The position numbers were made by a program, and so were the translations under genes. Below, piece by piece: positions 10,157 to 18,490 of a DNA stretch of 27,954 nt. The stretch is from an uncultured bacterium. Lineage in GTDB: Bacteria; Methylomirabilota; Methylomirabilia; Methylomirabilales; 2-02-FULL-66-22. The notes beneath the pieces were generated by a model. The model was not told the origin of the DNA, made no database searches, and saw only the letters and a program-made list of their open reading frames with translations. Position 1 is the first letter of the stretch. Each line of letters opens with the position of its first letter. Where the stretch lies: positions 1 to 27,954 of the forward strand of contig CAZXXV010000002.1 of NCBI GenBank assembly GCA_964644725.1. The letters are read 5' to 3'.

Positions 10157-11331
10157 GCTCGCGCTCCGACGGATGCGGGAAGGCCGGCGTTCACTCGGCG
10201 CATCCGCTCCACGATCGGGGGGAGGATTTCCAGCACGCGATTGATCTCCTCCTCCGTGGTCGTTCGGCCCAGCGAGAACCGGACTGAGCTGGCTACTCGT
10301 TCCCGCGGGAGCCCCATTGCCATCAAGACGTGCGACGGCTCCAGGGAGCCGGATGAGCACGCAGCCCCCGACGAGACACCGATGCCGTGCAGGTCCAGCG
10401 CCAGGATCAACGACTCGGCTTCCACGCCGGCAAATGCCAGGTTCGTCGTGTGGGGCAGCCGTTCGGTCGCATGGCCATTTCGCAGGATACCGGGCAGGGC
10501 CGCCATGATGCCACGCTCCAGCCGATCGCGGAGGTCGCCCAGCCGCTTGGCAACAGCCTCCCGATCCCGGAGCGACAGTTCGGCCGCGCGGGCCAGCCCG
10601 ACGGCGGCCGGCACGTTCTCCGTCCCGGCGCGGCGCGAACGCTCCTGCGTTCCTCCGTGCAAGAGCGGCTGCATTCTCGTCCCGCGCCGGATAAAGAGGG
10701 CGCCGACGCCCTTCGGCCCGTGGATCTTGTGACCGGACAGGGAAAGGAGATCCGCGTGCAGCGCGCCCACGTCCAGGGGGAGCTTGCCGAAGCTCTGCAC
10801 CGCGTCGGTATGAAACGTCACGCCCCGCTCGCGGCAGATCCACCCCACGGAGGCGATGGGAAAGAGCACGCCGGTCTCGTTGTTGCCGTGTATGAGGCTG
10901 ACCAGAATGGTGTCCGGTCGGATGGCCCGACGCATATCGTCCGGGTCCAAGAGCCCCTGCGAGTCCACGGGGAGGTGGGTCACCTCGAAGCCCTGGCGGC
11001 TGAGGTGGGCGGCGGCGTTCAGGGTGGCGTGATGCTCCACGCTGGAGACGATCACGTGACGGCCGCGCTTCTCGTGGGCCGCGGCCACGCCCGTGAGGGC
11101 GAGGTTGTCGGCCTCGGTCCCACCCGAGGTAAAGACGATGGTGTCCTTGTCAGCCGTCCCCAGGGCCCGCGCGATGGTCGTCCTCGCCTGCTCCAGGGCC
11201 TGCCGCGCCTCCCGCCCCCAGGCGTGGAGCGAGCTGGGGTTTCCGAACTTTTCTGTGAGATAGGGCACCATTGCCGCCAGGACCTCGGGGTCGAGCGGCG
11301 TGGTGGCGTTGTGATCCAGATACACTCTCAT
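10153..11331 (-). CDS. iscS: Group I cysteine desulfurase (IscS/NifS family)
   Basis: MRVYLDHNATT, FGNPSS, FTSGGTEADN, HTDAVQ, SGHKIHGPKG (PLP Lys), SSGAACSSG (catalytic Cys); start set at ATG 11331. Confidence 0.95.
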   Translation of the reverse strand: MRVYLDHNATTPLDPEVLAAMVPYLTEKFGNPSSLHAWGREARQALEQARTTIARALGTADKDTIVFTSGGTEADNLALTGVAAAHEKRGRHVIVSSVEHHATLNAAAHLSRQGFEVTHLPVDSQGLLDPDDMRRAIRPDTILVSLIHGNNETGVLFPIASVGWICRERGVTFHTDAVQSFGKLPLDVGALHADLLSLSGHKIHGPKGVGALFIRRGTRMQPLLHGGTQERSRRAGTENVPAAVGLARAAELSLRDREAVAKRLGDLRDRLERGIMAALPGILRNGHATERLPHTTNLAFAGVEAESLILALDLHGIGVSSGAACSSGSLEPSHVLMAMGLPRERVASSVRFSLGRTTTEEEINRVLEILPPIVERMRRVNAGLPASVGARA

Positions 11332-11506
11332 CGCGTGGACCCGAACCCGGACGGTCCGACGATGGCCGACATTCTCGGGCACACCAGAAGTGTGAGACCA
11401 GGGAGGACCAGACGGCGGGCGAAACGCACCAGGGAGGTCCGAACGCAACGACGCTGAAGACCGCGGGGCGCAGAGCGCTCCCGCGCCTGATATCAGGGGG
11501 CCGGGG

Positions 11507-11929
11507 TCACGCCCGCTCGGCCGCCTGCAGGCCCTCCTCTTTCGGCTGGAGGCGCACGACCTTGCCCTCGTCCGGGCTGGTCATCTCACAGTTCCCGTTG
11601 AACACGGCGCCTTCAGCCACCACCAAACAGGGGGTCCGGATCGTGCCGCTCACCCGGCTCGGTCGCAGGAGTTCCACGCGCTGCTTTGCGGTGATGTTCC
11701 CCTGCACCTGGCCGCTCACCACCAGCGTCCCGACCTCGATCTCGGCGCTGACCTGCCCGGGCTCGCCGATGATGAGCACTTCCTCACCGACGATCTCCCC
11801 CTCCAGGTGACCGTCGATGCGAACGGCGCCGGCGAAGCTCAGCACCCCCTTGAAATGGGTTCCCTCCCCGAGGAAGGCGCGGATCTCGCCGAAGTCGGTG
11901 CCGACCCGCTCCTTTTCCCGCTTGAGCAC
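11507..11929 (-). CDS. Bactofilin (polymer-forming cytoskeletal protein, DUF583)
   Basis: FLGEGTHFKGVLSFAGAVRIDGHLEGEI...IGEPGQVSAEI...VSGQVQGNITA...VAEGAVFNGNCEM beta-helix; GGAGG RBS before GTG at 11929. Confidence 0.93.
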   Translation of the reverse strand: MLKREKERVGTDFGEIRAFLGEGTHFKGVLSFAGAVRIDGHLEGEIVGEEVLIIGEPGQVSAEIEVGTLVVSGQVQGNITAKQRVELLRPSRVSGTIRTPCLVVAEGAVFNGNCEMTSPDEGKVVRLQPKEEGLQAAERA

Positions 11930-12021
11930 GGTAACCTCCGAGGGCGATGAGGACGTGTCAGTACCTGGCGTAAGATTGGTGGGGGACGCGATCGATGACA
12001 CCATGAATGACGAATGGCGCC

Positions 12022-12050
12022 AAGGTAACAGAGGAAGTTGGGGCTGTCAA
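12022..12050 (-). promoter_or_regulatory. Putative sigma70 promoter for bactofilin
   Basis: Minus strand TTGACA (12050-12045), 17 bp, TACCTT with an upstream TGn extended -10. Confidence 0.6.
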
Positions 12051-12120
12051 TTCGAAACTCGGCGAATACTGCCTGTCGCGGTGCGCTTTCCGCGTCCGTC
12101 TTCCGCCAGGGCGCGTCGAG

Positions 12121-12963
12121 CTACGTCCCCGCCACGGATCCCGTCACCAGGCCACTCACCAGATGGCGGCGGAAGCAATAGTAGAAGATCACGGGCGGAA
12201 TGGAGTAGAGCACCGCCACGGTCATGAGAATATTCCAGGGGGCGTCGTCGGTGGCCAGGAAGTTGCCCATCATCACGGGGATCGTGATGTGCTTCTCCCC
12301 CGAGAGGAACAGCACCGCGTACAGGTACTCATTCCACGAGTAGAGGAAAGCGTAGGTCGCGATGGCCACCATGGGTGGCGCGATGAGCGGCAGGTAAATC
12401 CGGAAGAAGACCGCCAGCGGCCCCGCGCCGTCAATGGCGGCTGCCTCGTCGATGTCGGGCGGGATGGTCCTGCCGTAGTCCCAAAGGATCCAGACGGCAT
12501 ACGGCGAGGCGAAGGTGATCATGACCAGGACCACCGACAGCTTGGTCCCGATCAGGTCGTAATCCGCCATCAGCCTGAAGAACGGGATCGACAGGAATGA
12601 GGACGGGATGATGTAGGTGAACAGCGTCATGCTGGAGATGGCGCGACTCCCCCGGAAATGGATCCGGGCCAGCGCGTAGCTCCCCAGGGTCCCGATCACC
12701 AGCACCGCCGCGGTGGTCATCAAGGCAATGCTCACGCTGTTCCAGAGCTGGGTCCAGAACATGCTGACGAAGTAGTTGCTCTGCGTGAAGGTCTGGAGAT
12801 AGTTCTCGATGGTCGGGTTCGCCACGTAGAGTCTGGGCTTGAACAGATCCTCCCATGGCACCAGGGAGAGCATGACCATGTAGTAGACGGGGAAGACCGT
12901 CCACACCAGCAGCACGGTGCACACGACGTAGAACGCCACTTTTCGCCAGCCGCGGAGGCGCAT
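12121..12963 (-). CDS. Carbohydrate (CUT1) ABC transporter permease
   Basis: Multiple TMs, NSVSIA motif, EAA loop IPPDIDEAAAIDGA; AGGAG RBS 8 nt before ATG at 12963. Confidence 0.93.
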   Translation of the reverse strand: MRLRGWRKVAFYVVCTVLLVWTVFPVYYMVMLSLVPWEDLFKPRLYVANPTIENYLQTFTQSNYFVSMFWTQLWNSVSIALMTTAAVLVIGTLGSYALARIHFRGSRAISSMTLFTYIIPSSFLSIPFFRLMADYDLIGTKLSVVLVMITFASPYAVWILWDYGRTIPPDIDEAAAIDGAGPLAVFFRIYLPLIAPPMVAIATYAFLYSWNEYLYAVLFLSGEKHITIPVMMGNFLATDDAPWNILMTVAVLYSIPPVIFYYCFRRHLVSGLVTGSVAGT

Positions 12964-12974
12964 GGGCAACGCTC

Positions 12975-13844
12975 CTACTTGACCCAGCGGATCAGGATGA
13001 AAATGAACAGCAGCGTGATGGGCAGGGCGGTGATGAACGTGCCCACCCCCCAGTCAATCTTCCCCATCTGGAACGTGTAGCGGTACGCCAGCGTGGCCAG
13101 AACGTGGGTGGAGTCGCCCGGCGCCCCGCCCGTCATGATCTTGATGATCACGAAGTCGCCCAGGGTGAAGACCATGGAGAGCAGGCTGCAGATCATGAAC
13201 AGGTTTCGCAGCATGGGGAAGGTGATGAACCGGAACCTCTGCAGGGGGGCGGTCCCGTCGATCTCGCCGGCCTCGTAGAGTTCCTTGGGGATGCTCCGTC
13301 GCCCGGCCACGAAGATCAGCGTCCAGAAGGGGAGGTACTTCCAGATGTGATACACGATCGCCGCCCCGATGGCCGTGTTGCGGCGCACCAGCCACGGATA
13401 GCCCGCGAAACCCAGATCGTTCAGGATCTTGTTCACGATCCCCCACTGGCCGTTCAGCATCCAGCGGAACGCCAGGATGCCGGGAAGAGACGGGATGGCC
13501 CAGGGGAGCAGGAACAGCCCGCTGAGGATCCGGGAGAACCGGTGGTCCACGCTAAAGAGCGCGGACAGGACCAGGGCCAGGAACATCTTCAGGTTGACCG
13601 CGACCCCCACGAAGATCACGGTGTTCCAGAGCGTCTGGATGAAGATCGGATCGGAGAAGATGTCCGAATAGATGTCCCGGTCCAGGCCCATGTAGATCAT
13701 GAAGACGATCGGGAACAGGACCAGGAACAGGAAGAGGCAGATCAGCGGTCCGCAGAACGTGAGACCAAGGACAGTCTTTCCCAGCCAGCGCTCGCGGCGC
13801 GGGGCGACAACTGGGGCGACAACGGCCGCGACAGTTTCGTTCAT
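12975..13844 (-). CDS. Carbohydrate (CUT1) ABC transporter permease
   Basis: TMs, LLPWAIP, EAA loop SIPKELYEAGEIDG, GGAPGDSTHVLA. Confidence 0.93.
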   Translation of the reverse strand: MNETVAAVVAPVVAPRRERWLGKTVLGLTFCGPLICLFLFLVLFPIVFMIYMGLDRDIYSDIFSDPIFIQTLWNTVIFVGVAVNLKMFLALVLSALFSVDHRFSRILSGLFLLPWAIPSLPGILAFRWMLNGQWGIVNKILNDLGFAGYPWLVRRNTAIGAAIVYHIWKYLPFWTLIFVAGRRSIPKELYEAGEIDGTAPLQRFRFITFPMLRNLFMICSLLSMVFTLGDFVIIKIMTGGAPGDSTHVLATLAYRYTFQMGKIDWGVGTFITALPITLLFIFILIRWVK

Positions 13845-13862
13845 GCGCCTTCCCCAGACGGG

Positions 13863-13888
13863 GGCGGGAGGCCGTCCGGCCTCCCGCC
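13863..13888. terminator. 11-bp perfect stem-loop between binding-protein and permease genes (mRNA-stabilising or attenuating hairpin)
   Basis: GGCGGGAGGCC-GTCC-GGCCTCCCGCC; no clear U-tract, so stabilisation is as likely as termination. Confidence 0.6.
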
Positions 13889-13916
13889 GCGTTTGGACTT
13901 CCGAAGGGTGGGGTGG

Positions 13917-15320
13917 CTACTTCCAGCTCTTGAAGATCTGCTCGATCCGGCTCACCGCCTCGTCCACCGCCTGCTCGTTGCTCCACTTCTCCGCCACCAC
14001 CCGGGAGATGGCCTTGCCCCAGACGTTCTCGGTGTACACCTGCACGTAGGCGGGGTGGTAGCTGAAGTAGAACGGGCGCGTCTCGTGCTTCATGAACTGG
14101 GCCGTGACGACGGGGATGTGGGGGTCCTTGGGGTCGTTGAAGAAGGGGTCCGCCGCCACGTCCTTGAAGGACGGGAACCAGCGCCCGTTACTGGCCTTCA
14201 CGTACTCGGTGAAGCGCTTGGCGTCGAGGACGTACTTCACGAACCGCTTGCCCAGCGCCTGCTCCTTCGCGTCCTTCGGGATGATGATCTGCTTCACCGC
14301 CACCAGGTAGGGGTACCCCTTGCCGTCTACCGGGGAGGTCGGCTGCAGGATGGTGCCGATCTTGTTGTAGTAGGCGTCCTTGTTGGTGAAGAAGAGGGCG
14401 CCGGGGATGGAGATGGACGGGTTCGGGGTCATGACCACGGTCTTGTTGTGGAAGTTGGCGTTGTTGTCCCCATCCGTCCAGGTGAGGGCGTCGGTGGGCA
14501 CGTAGCCTTCCTTGTAGATGCTGGTGAAGAAGGCGAGGGTCTTGACGATGGCCTCGCGATTCTTGGCCTCTCCGGCGATCACCTTCCCCTCGGGCGAGAG
14601 CACCTCGCCCCGATGCGCCAGGAGGTACTGCTCGAAGTTGTAGACCGTGTCGGTGGCCCGGCTGGACTCGGTCATGCCGATCCCGTAGAGCTTCCCGTAC
14701 TTGGCCGGGTCCTTCTTGCGCAGGGTGTCCTGGACCTTCTCCCAGAAGGCCCAGTGCTCCTTCCAGGTCATGGGGATCTTCTTGGGGTCGGGATCGAGGC
14801 CGGCCTCTTGCACCAGGTCCTTCCAGTAGTGAGTGCCGAGCGCCTGGGCCTCGATGGGGATGGCGTAGTAGCTCCACTTGTTCTCGGTCTTGTTGAAGAG
14901 GCGCCCGGTAGTCATGTGGGACTCGATGTAGCGGGGCTTCAGTTCGTTGATCAGGTCGGAGACGTCGGCGAGCTTCCCGTCCCAGGCGAATCGTGGCGAG
15001 ATGTGAAAATCGTTGAAGAAGCAGAAGGCCACGTCCGGCACCCGGCGGGCGATCAGGGCGCTGGTGATCTTCGGGCCCAGGTCGTCCTGGATGGTGAAGG
15101 TGATCTCCACCTCCACGTTGTTCTCGCGGGCGAACGCCTCGGCGATCTTCTGCATGCCCTCATCTTCTTCCTTGTAGTACCCCTTGTTCCACCAGACGAC
15201 GAGCTTGGGTTTCTCCCCCGCGCCCGCCACCCCGGCCAGGCCCGGCCCGATGAGGGCCAGCCCCAGGCACAGGGCGACGATCCAGGGGGCACGCCACACC
15301 AGCAGATTTCTGTTAGCCAT
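13917..15320 (-). CDS. ABC transporter extracellular solute-binding protein (family 1, sugar-type)
   Basis: GAGGAG RBS before ATG at 15320; Sec signal peptide; LVVWW...GKLADVSDLI...YYAIP...WTDGDNNANF; upstream of two CUT1 permeases. Confidence 0.92.
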   Translation of the reverse strand: MANRNLLVWRAPWIVALCLGLALIGPGLAGVAGAGEKPKLVVWWNKGYYKEEDEGMQKIAEAFARENNVEVEITFTIQDDLGPKITSALIARRVPDVAFCFFNDFHISPRFAWDGKLADVSDLINELKPRYIESHMTTGRLFNKTENKWSYYAIPIEAQALGTHYWKDLVQEAGLDPDPKKIPMTWKEHWAFWEKVQDTLRKKDPAKYGKLYGIGMTESSRATDTVYNFEQYLLAHRGEVLSPEGKVIAGEAKNREAIVKTLAFFTSIYKEGYVPTDALTWTDGDNNANFHNKTVVMTPNPSISIPGALFFTNKDAYYNKIGTILQPTSPVDGKGYPYLVAVKQIIIPKDAKEQALGKRFVKYVLDAKRFTEYVKASNGRWFPSFKDVAADPFFNDPKDPHIPVVTAQFMKHETRPFYFSYHPAYVQVYTENVWGKAISRVVAEKWSNEQAVDEAVSRIEQIFKSWK

Positions 15321-15450
15321 GCTTTCTCCTCCTCTCACGATGGGGATGATCCGGCGGATGCGGAGTCCGCGCGCCCCTTGAGACCTCATGAAGTAGCCAG
15401 GGGCGGAGTCGTTGCCACCGGCGGCGGCGACTTGAAGCACAAATCGTAAC

Positions 15451-15527
15451 TAATACCAGGCACCCGTGCCTTGTCAAGGACAAAAGAAGGAATGGTCGGA
15501 CGATGGACACCCTTGACCTCTCAAGGG
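15451..15527 (-). promoter_or_regulatory. Putative sigma70 promoter of the ABC operon overlapped by palindromes
   Basis: Minus strand TTGACA (15477-15472), 16 bp, TATTAG (15455-15450 region, TGn preceded); inverted repeats AGGCAC-CC-GTGCCT (15458-15471), CCTTG-T-CAAGG (15469-15479), CCCTTGA-N4-TCAAGGG (15510-15527). Confidence 0.5.
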
Positions 15528-15596
15528 CGATCGTACCGCGGCGCGCCTCCACCTTATTATGGGTGCGCCCGCGGTGCGAACAGGGCGGTCGAGCAG

Positions 15597-15797
15597 TCAC
15601 TCGCCCGGGCAGGCCATGTACCATTCCTCTCCGGGCAAACTGCCAGGGTGACCGGCACGGAACGGGAGATCGGAGCCCAGGACGACCTTCGGAGTCGCCC
15701 TCCTGAGATCCCGTCCGAGAGCCCGGGGCCACGCGTCACCCGGCTGGACGAAGGCGCGCGCGTCACGGCAGCGCGTGAACAGGCCTCGCTCTACCAC
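15597..15797 (-). CDS. Possible small protein or gene remnant (66 aa)
   Basis: By my count 51 of 66 codons end in G/C (coding-like bias); no clear RBS; no family recognised. Confidence 0.3.
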   Translation of the reverse strand: MVERGLFTRCRDARAFVQPGDAWPRALGRDLRRATPKVVLGSDLPFRAGHPGSLPGEEWYMACPGE

Positions 15798-16106
15798 ACA
15801 GGAACTTCAACTCGTTTTCTGGGCTGTTAAGAGTGACCGGAGGCATTGGATCCCGCGGAGATCGATCGGCTCTTCTCCGGCCTATCGGACCGATGGGAAC
15901 TGTTCGCTGAGCGTGAGGCCACGTGAAGGGGCCGAAATGTTCTTATCCTGACGCACCGCGTTAATGGCTCCTGCCAGCCGGGCCGTCCCGGTTTGCAGCG
16001 CCCCAGTCCAGGCACTCCTTGACCTTGACTGCGAAATCGGCATCCGCATCCCAGGAAACGTCGCGGCAAACCCGGCCAGCGCACGGGTGAGCCCGCCGGT
16101 CATCTA

Positions 16107-17747
16107 TTATCCTCCCGCCCTCCCCCGGAGGATCTCCAGCATCCGGCGGTATCCGGTGGGCCGGACCCGGACGGCAATTACGGCGGGCTGGGTGGTGGCG
16201 ACGGCATCCTTGAGGGCCGACCTCAGGCCCTCCTCGTCCTCGACCTCGGTGCTGAGGGCCCCCAGGCTCTCGGCCAGCCTCGGGATGTCAATGGCCCCCA
16301 GGGAGACGCCTGCCGGCGCATACCGCTTCTGCTCCTGCTGAATCCGACTGAGGCCCAGGGAGCCATCCACGAACACGATGGCCACCAGGGGAAGACGCTG
16401 CCGCGCAGCGGTGGCCAACTCCGCGACACTCCGGAGGAACCCGCCATCTCCCAGGAACGCCAGGACTGGCCGGTCGGGGGCGACGAGCTTGGCCGCGATA
16501 GCGGCGGGAAGGGCATACCCCACGGTCCCGAGGCTGCTGGAGCACAGGTATCCTTTTGGCTCGTAGGCGTCCCAGAATGCGGCCACCGCGAATGCGTGGG
16601 CGCCGGAGCCCACGGTCACGACGGTCTGCCGGGGGAAGATCTCCCGTGCGACCTCGACCACCCGGTGCGGGGGAACCCCGACTTTCCCCCGCCCCGTGCT
16701 GGCCTCGGCCAGGAACGACCGAGAGCGGGCCCTGAACTCGCTGCCCTTCGCCGCCCATTCCGCCAGGCGCCAGCCCCCACCGGGTGGCAAGGCTTCTCGC
16801 AGGGCACCCAGGGCCGTGGGCAGGTCCGCGATCACCTCGCAGACCGCCTCAAATGGCCGGGGTCCGGTCCGGTACTCTGCCAGCGCCACGACGGGCAGGC
16901 TGGCTCGCCAGGGCCGCGGCAGAAGTTCCACCGGATCCAGCCCCACTGCGAGGATTCCGTCCGCCTTCGAGAGCAGCTCGTCCTCCAGGCGGCCGCCGGC
17001 AAAGACGCCCGCCACCAGAGGGTGATCCTCCGGAACCACCCCCTTGGCCCGATGCGTTGTGAGAAGCGGTGCTCCGAGGTGCTCCACCAGCTCCTGGAGT
17101 GCACGAGCCAAACCCGGCCGCCGACAACCCAGGCCTGCGATCACGACCGCCCGCCCCCGCCGGGTGAGCAATCCTGCCGCGGCCCGGATCCCGCTGGGCG
17201 AGGGGGCGTGCAGGCGCTTCCCCTCGGGGTGGTGGGCATGCCGCCGGGCCGGCTTGAGCGCCTCATCCACAGGCAGGTCCAGGTGGACCGGCCCACGCGG
17301 CAACTCCATGGCCTTGCCCCAGGCCCAGGAAAGCAGGCGCTCGGCCCGTGGGGCGGTGACTGTCGCGCTACACTTGACCACCGTCTCTAGGAGGCGGGGA
17401 TGGTCCAGGCCCTGCCGGGTGGCCAGGCGCAGACTCGCCCGAGAAGACCGGCCGGTGAGCAGGAGGAGGGGGTCACGGTGGAGGTAAGCGTCTGCCACCC
17501 CGGGAACGGCGCTCCCAACCCCGGATCCCAGGGCGGCGAGGCAAACTCCTGGCCGTTGCAGGAGGTCGCCCTCCGTGGCAGCCATCAGGGCCGCGCTGGC
17601 CTCGCTGTGGGTCAGGAGGAATTCGATCTGCCGCTGCCGACAGGCCTCGATGATGTCCAGCGTGCTGTCCGCGCCCGGCACGCCGTATATCCGCCGGACG
17701 CCGAGGCCAGCCAGGAACCCCGCAATCGCCTCTGCGGTTGTCGCCAT
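16107..17747 (-). CDS. Thiamine-diphosphate-dependent enzyme, acetolactate synthase-like family
   Basis: GVRRIYGVPG, HSEASAALMA (catalytic Glu), SLGTVGYALPAAIAAKL, GDGGF...IVFVDG ThDP/Mg motif. Confidence 0.92.
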   Translation of the reverse strand: MATTAEAIAGFLAGLGVRRIYGVPGADSTLDIIEACRQRQIEFLLTHSEASAALMAATEGDLLQRPGVCLAALGSGVGSAVPGVADAYLHRDPLLLLTGRSSRASLRLATRQGLDHPRLLETVVKCSATVTAPRAERLLSWAWGKAMELPRGPVHLDLPVDEALKPARRHAHHPEGKRLHAPSPSGIRAAAGLLTRRGRAVVIAGLGCRRPGLARALQELVEHLGAPLLTTHRAKGVVPEDHPLVAGVFAGGRLEDELLSKADGILAVGLDPVELLPRPWRASLPVVALAEYRTGPRPFEAVCEVIADLPTALGALREALPPGGGWRLAEWAAKGSEFRARSRSFLAEASTGRGKVGVPPHRVVEVAREIFPRQTVVTVGSGAHAFAVAAFWDAYEPKGYLCSSSLGTVGYALPAAIAAKLVAPDRPVLAFLGDGGFLRSVAELATAARQRLPLVAIVFVDGSLGLSRIQQEQKRYAPAGVSLGAIDIPRLAESLGALSTEVEDEEGLRSALKDAVATTQPAVIAVRVRPTGYRRMLEILRGRAGG

Positions 17748-17791
17748 GAACCCTCCAGGAGGCCCTCAGGCGTTCAGGCGAGGCGACCGGC

Positions 17792-18487
17792 TCAGGCCGC
17801 CTTGGCACAAATCTCGCCGAAGAGCCGGGCCTGCACCAGCATCAGATAGAACCAGAGGAACGGCCACACCAGCGGGCCGAGGTACGGTATCGCGGCGATC
17901 AGGCCGGCCAGGATGTAGGACCCGACGCTCAGCAGGTAGGTCGCCACGTACTCCGCCAGGACCGCGTTAATCCCATCCCACAGGATTCCGGGGTGAAAGG
18001 CTACCTCGATCCTGCGCTGCACGAGGTAGCGGGCAAGGGCCATGGGGAGGAAAAACAGCATGAACACCCCGGCCAGGACACCGAGGACCATGAGGACCAT
18101 CCCCAGGAAGAGCAGGATCCCGCCCTTCACCAGCAGGCCCAGCCCCAGAAGGAGCAGGAGCAGCGGCACCACCCCGTATGCCAGGCCCACGGCAAACGTG
18201 GCCAGCCCGCCGCGCAGGAGCGCCGGCCAGTTCTCCCACTCGGGCAATGCCCCCACCTCCCAGAGGAGCGTCCCCCGGTACACTTCAAGGATGTACCCGA
18301 GCGCGGGAAAGTTCACGGCCACCACGAGCGGCGCGATGCCGAAAGCTGCCTCCTCGGAGGCCAGGTAGGCCAGGCCCACGAAGATGAGCTCGAGAAGGAC
18401 GCCGGTGGCGCCCCCCAGCAAGAGCTTTCGCTGCCAGTCCACCCCTTCGAGGGGGAAGCGGGCCGAGGTCCTGATCCGAAGCTGCAT
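17792..18487 (-). CDS. DUF4013-like integral membrane protein
   Basis: ARFPLEGVDWQRKLLLGG, LGYILEVYR...LPEWENWPALLRGGL, FLPMALARY pattern with several TMs. Confidence 0.8.
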   Translation of the reverse strand: MQLRIRTSARFPLEGVDWQRKLLLGGATGVLLELIFVGLAYLASEEAAFGIAPLVVAVNFPALGYILEVYRGTLLWEVGALPEWENWPALLRGGLATFAVGLAYGVVPLLLLLLGLGLLVKGGILLFLGMVLMVLGVLAGVFMLFFLPMALARYLVQRRIEVAFHPGILWDGINAVLAEYVATYLLSVGSYILAGLIAAIPYLGPLVWPFLWFYLMLVQARLFGEICAKAA

Positions 18488-18490
18488 GCG

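Noticed and set aside
10157-10843. 230-aa N-terminal extension of MnmA in the ORF track
   Set aside because: Overlaps iscS in another frame, is Arg/Pro/Gly-rich junk, and a GTG start with GGAG RBS exists at 10156.
15960-16100. Minus-strand frame VSWDADADFAVKVKECLDW, faintly like the C-terminus of single-domain response regulators
   Set aside because: No start codon, too short, and the resemblance is subjective; would need an HMM hit.
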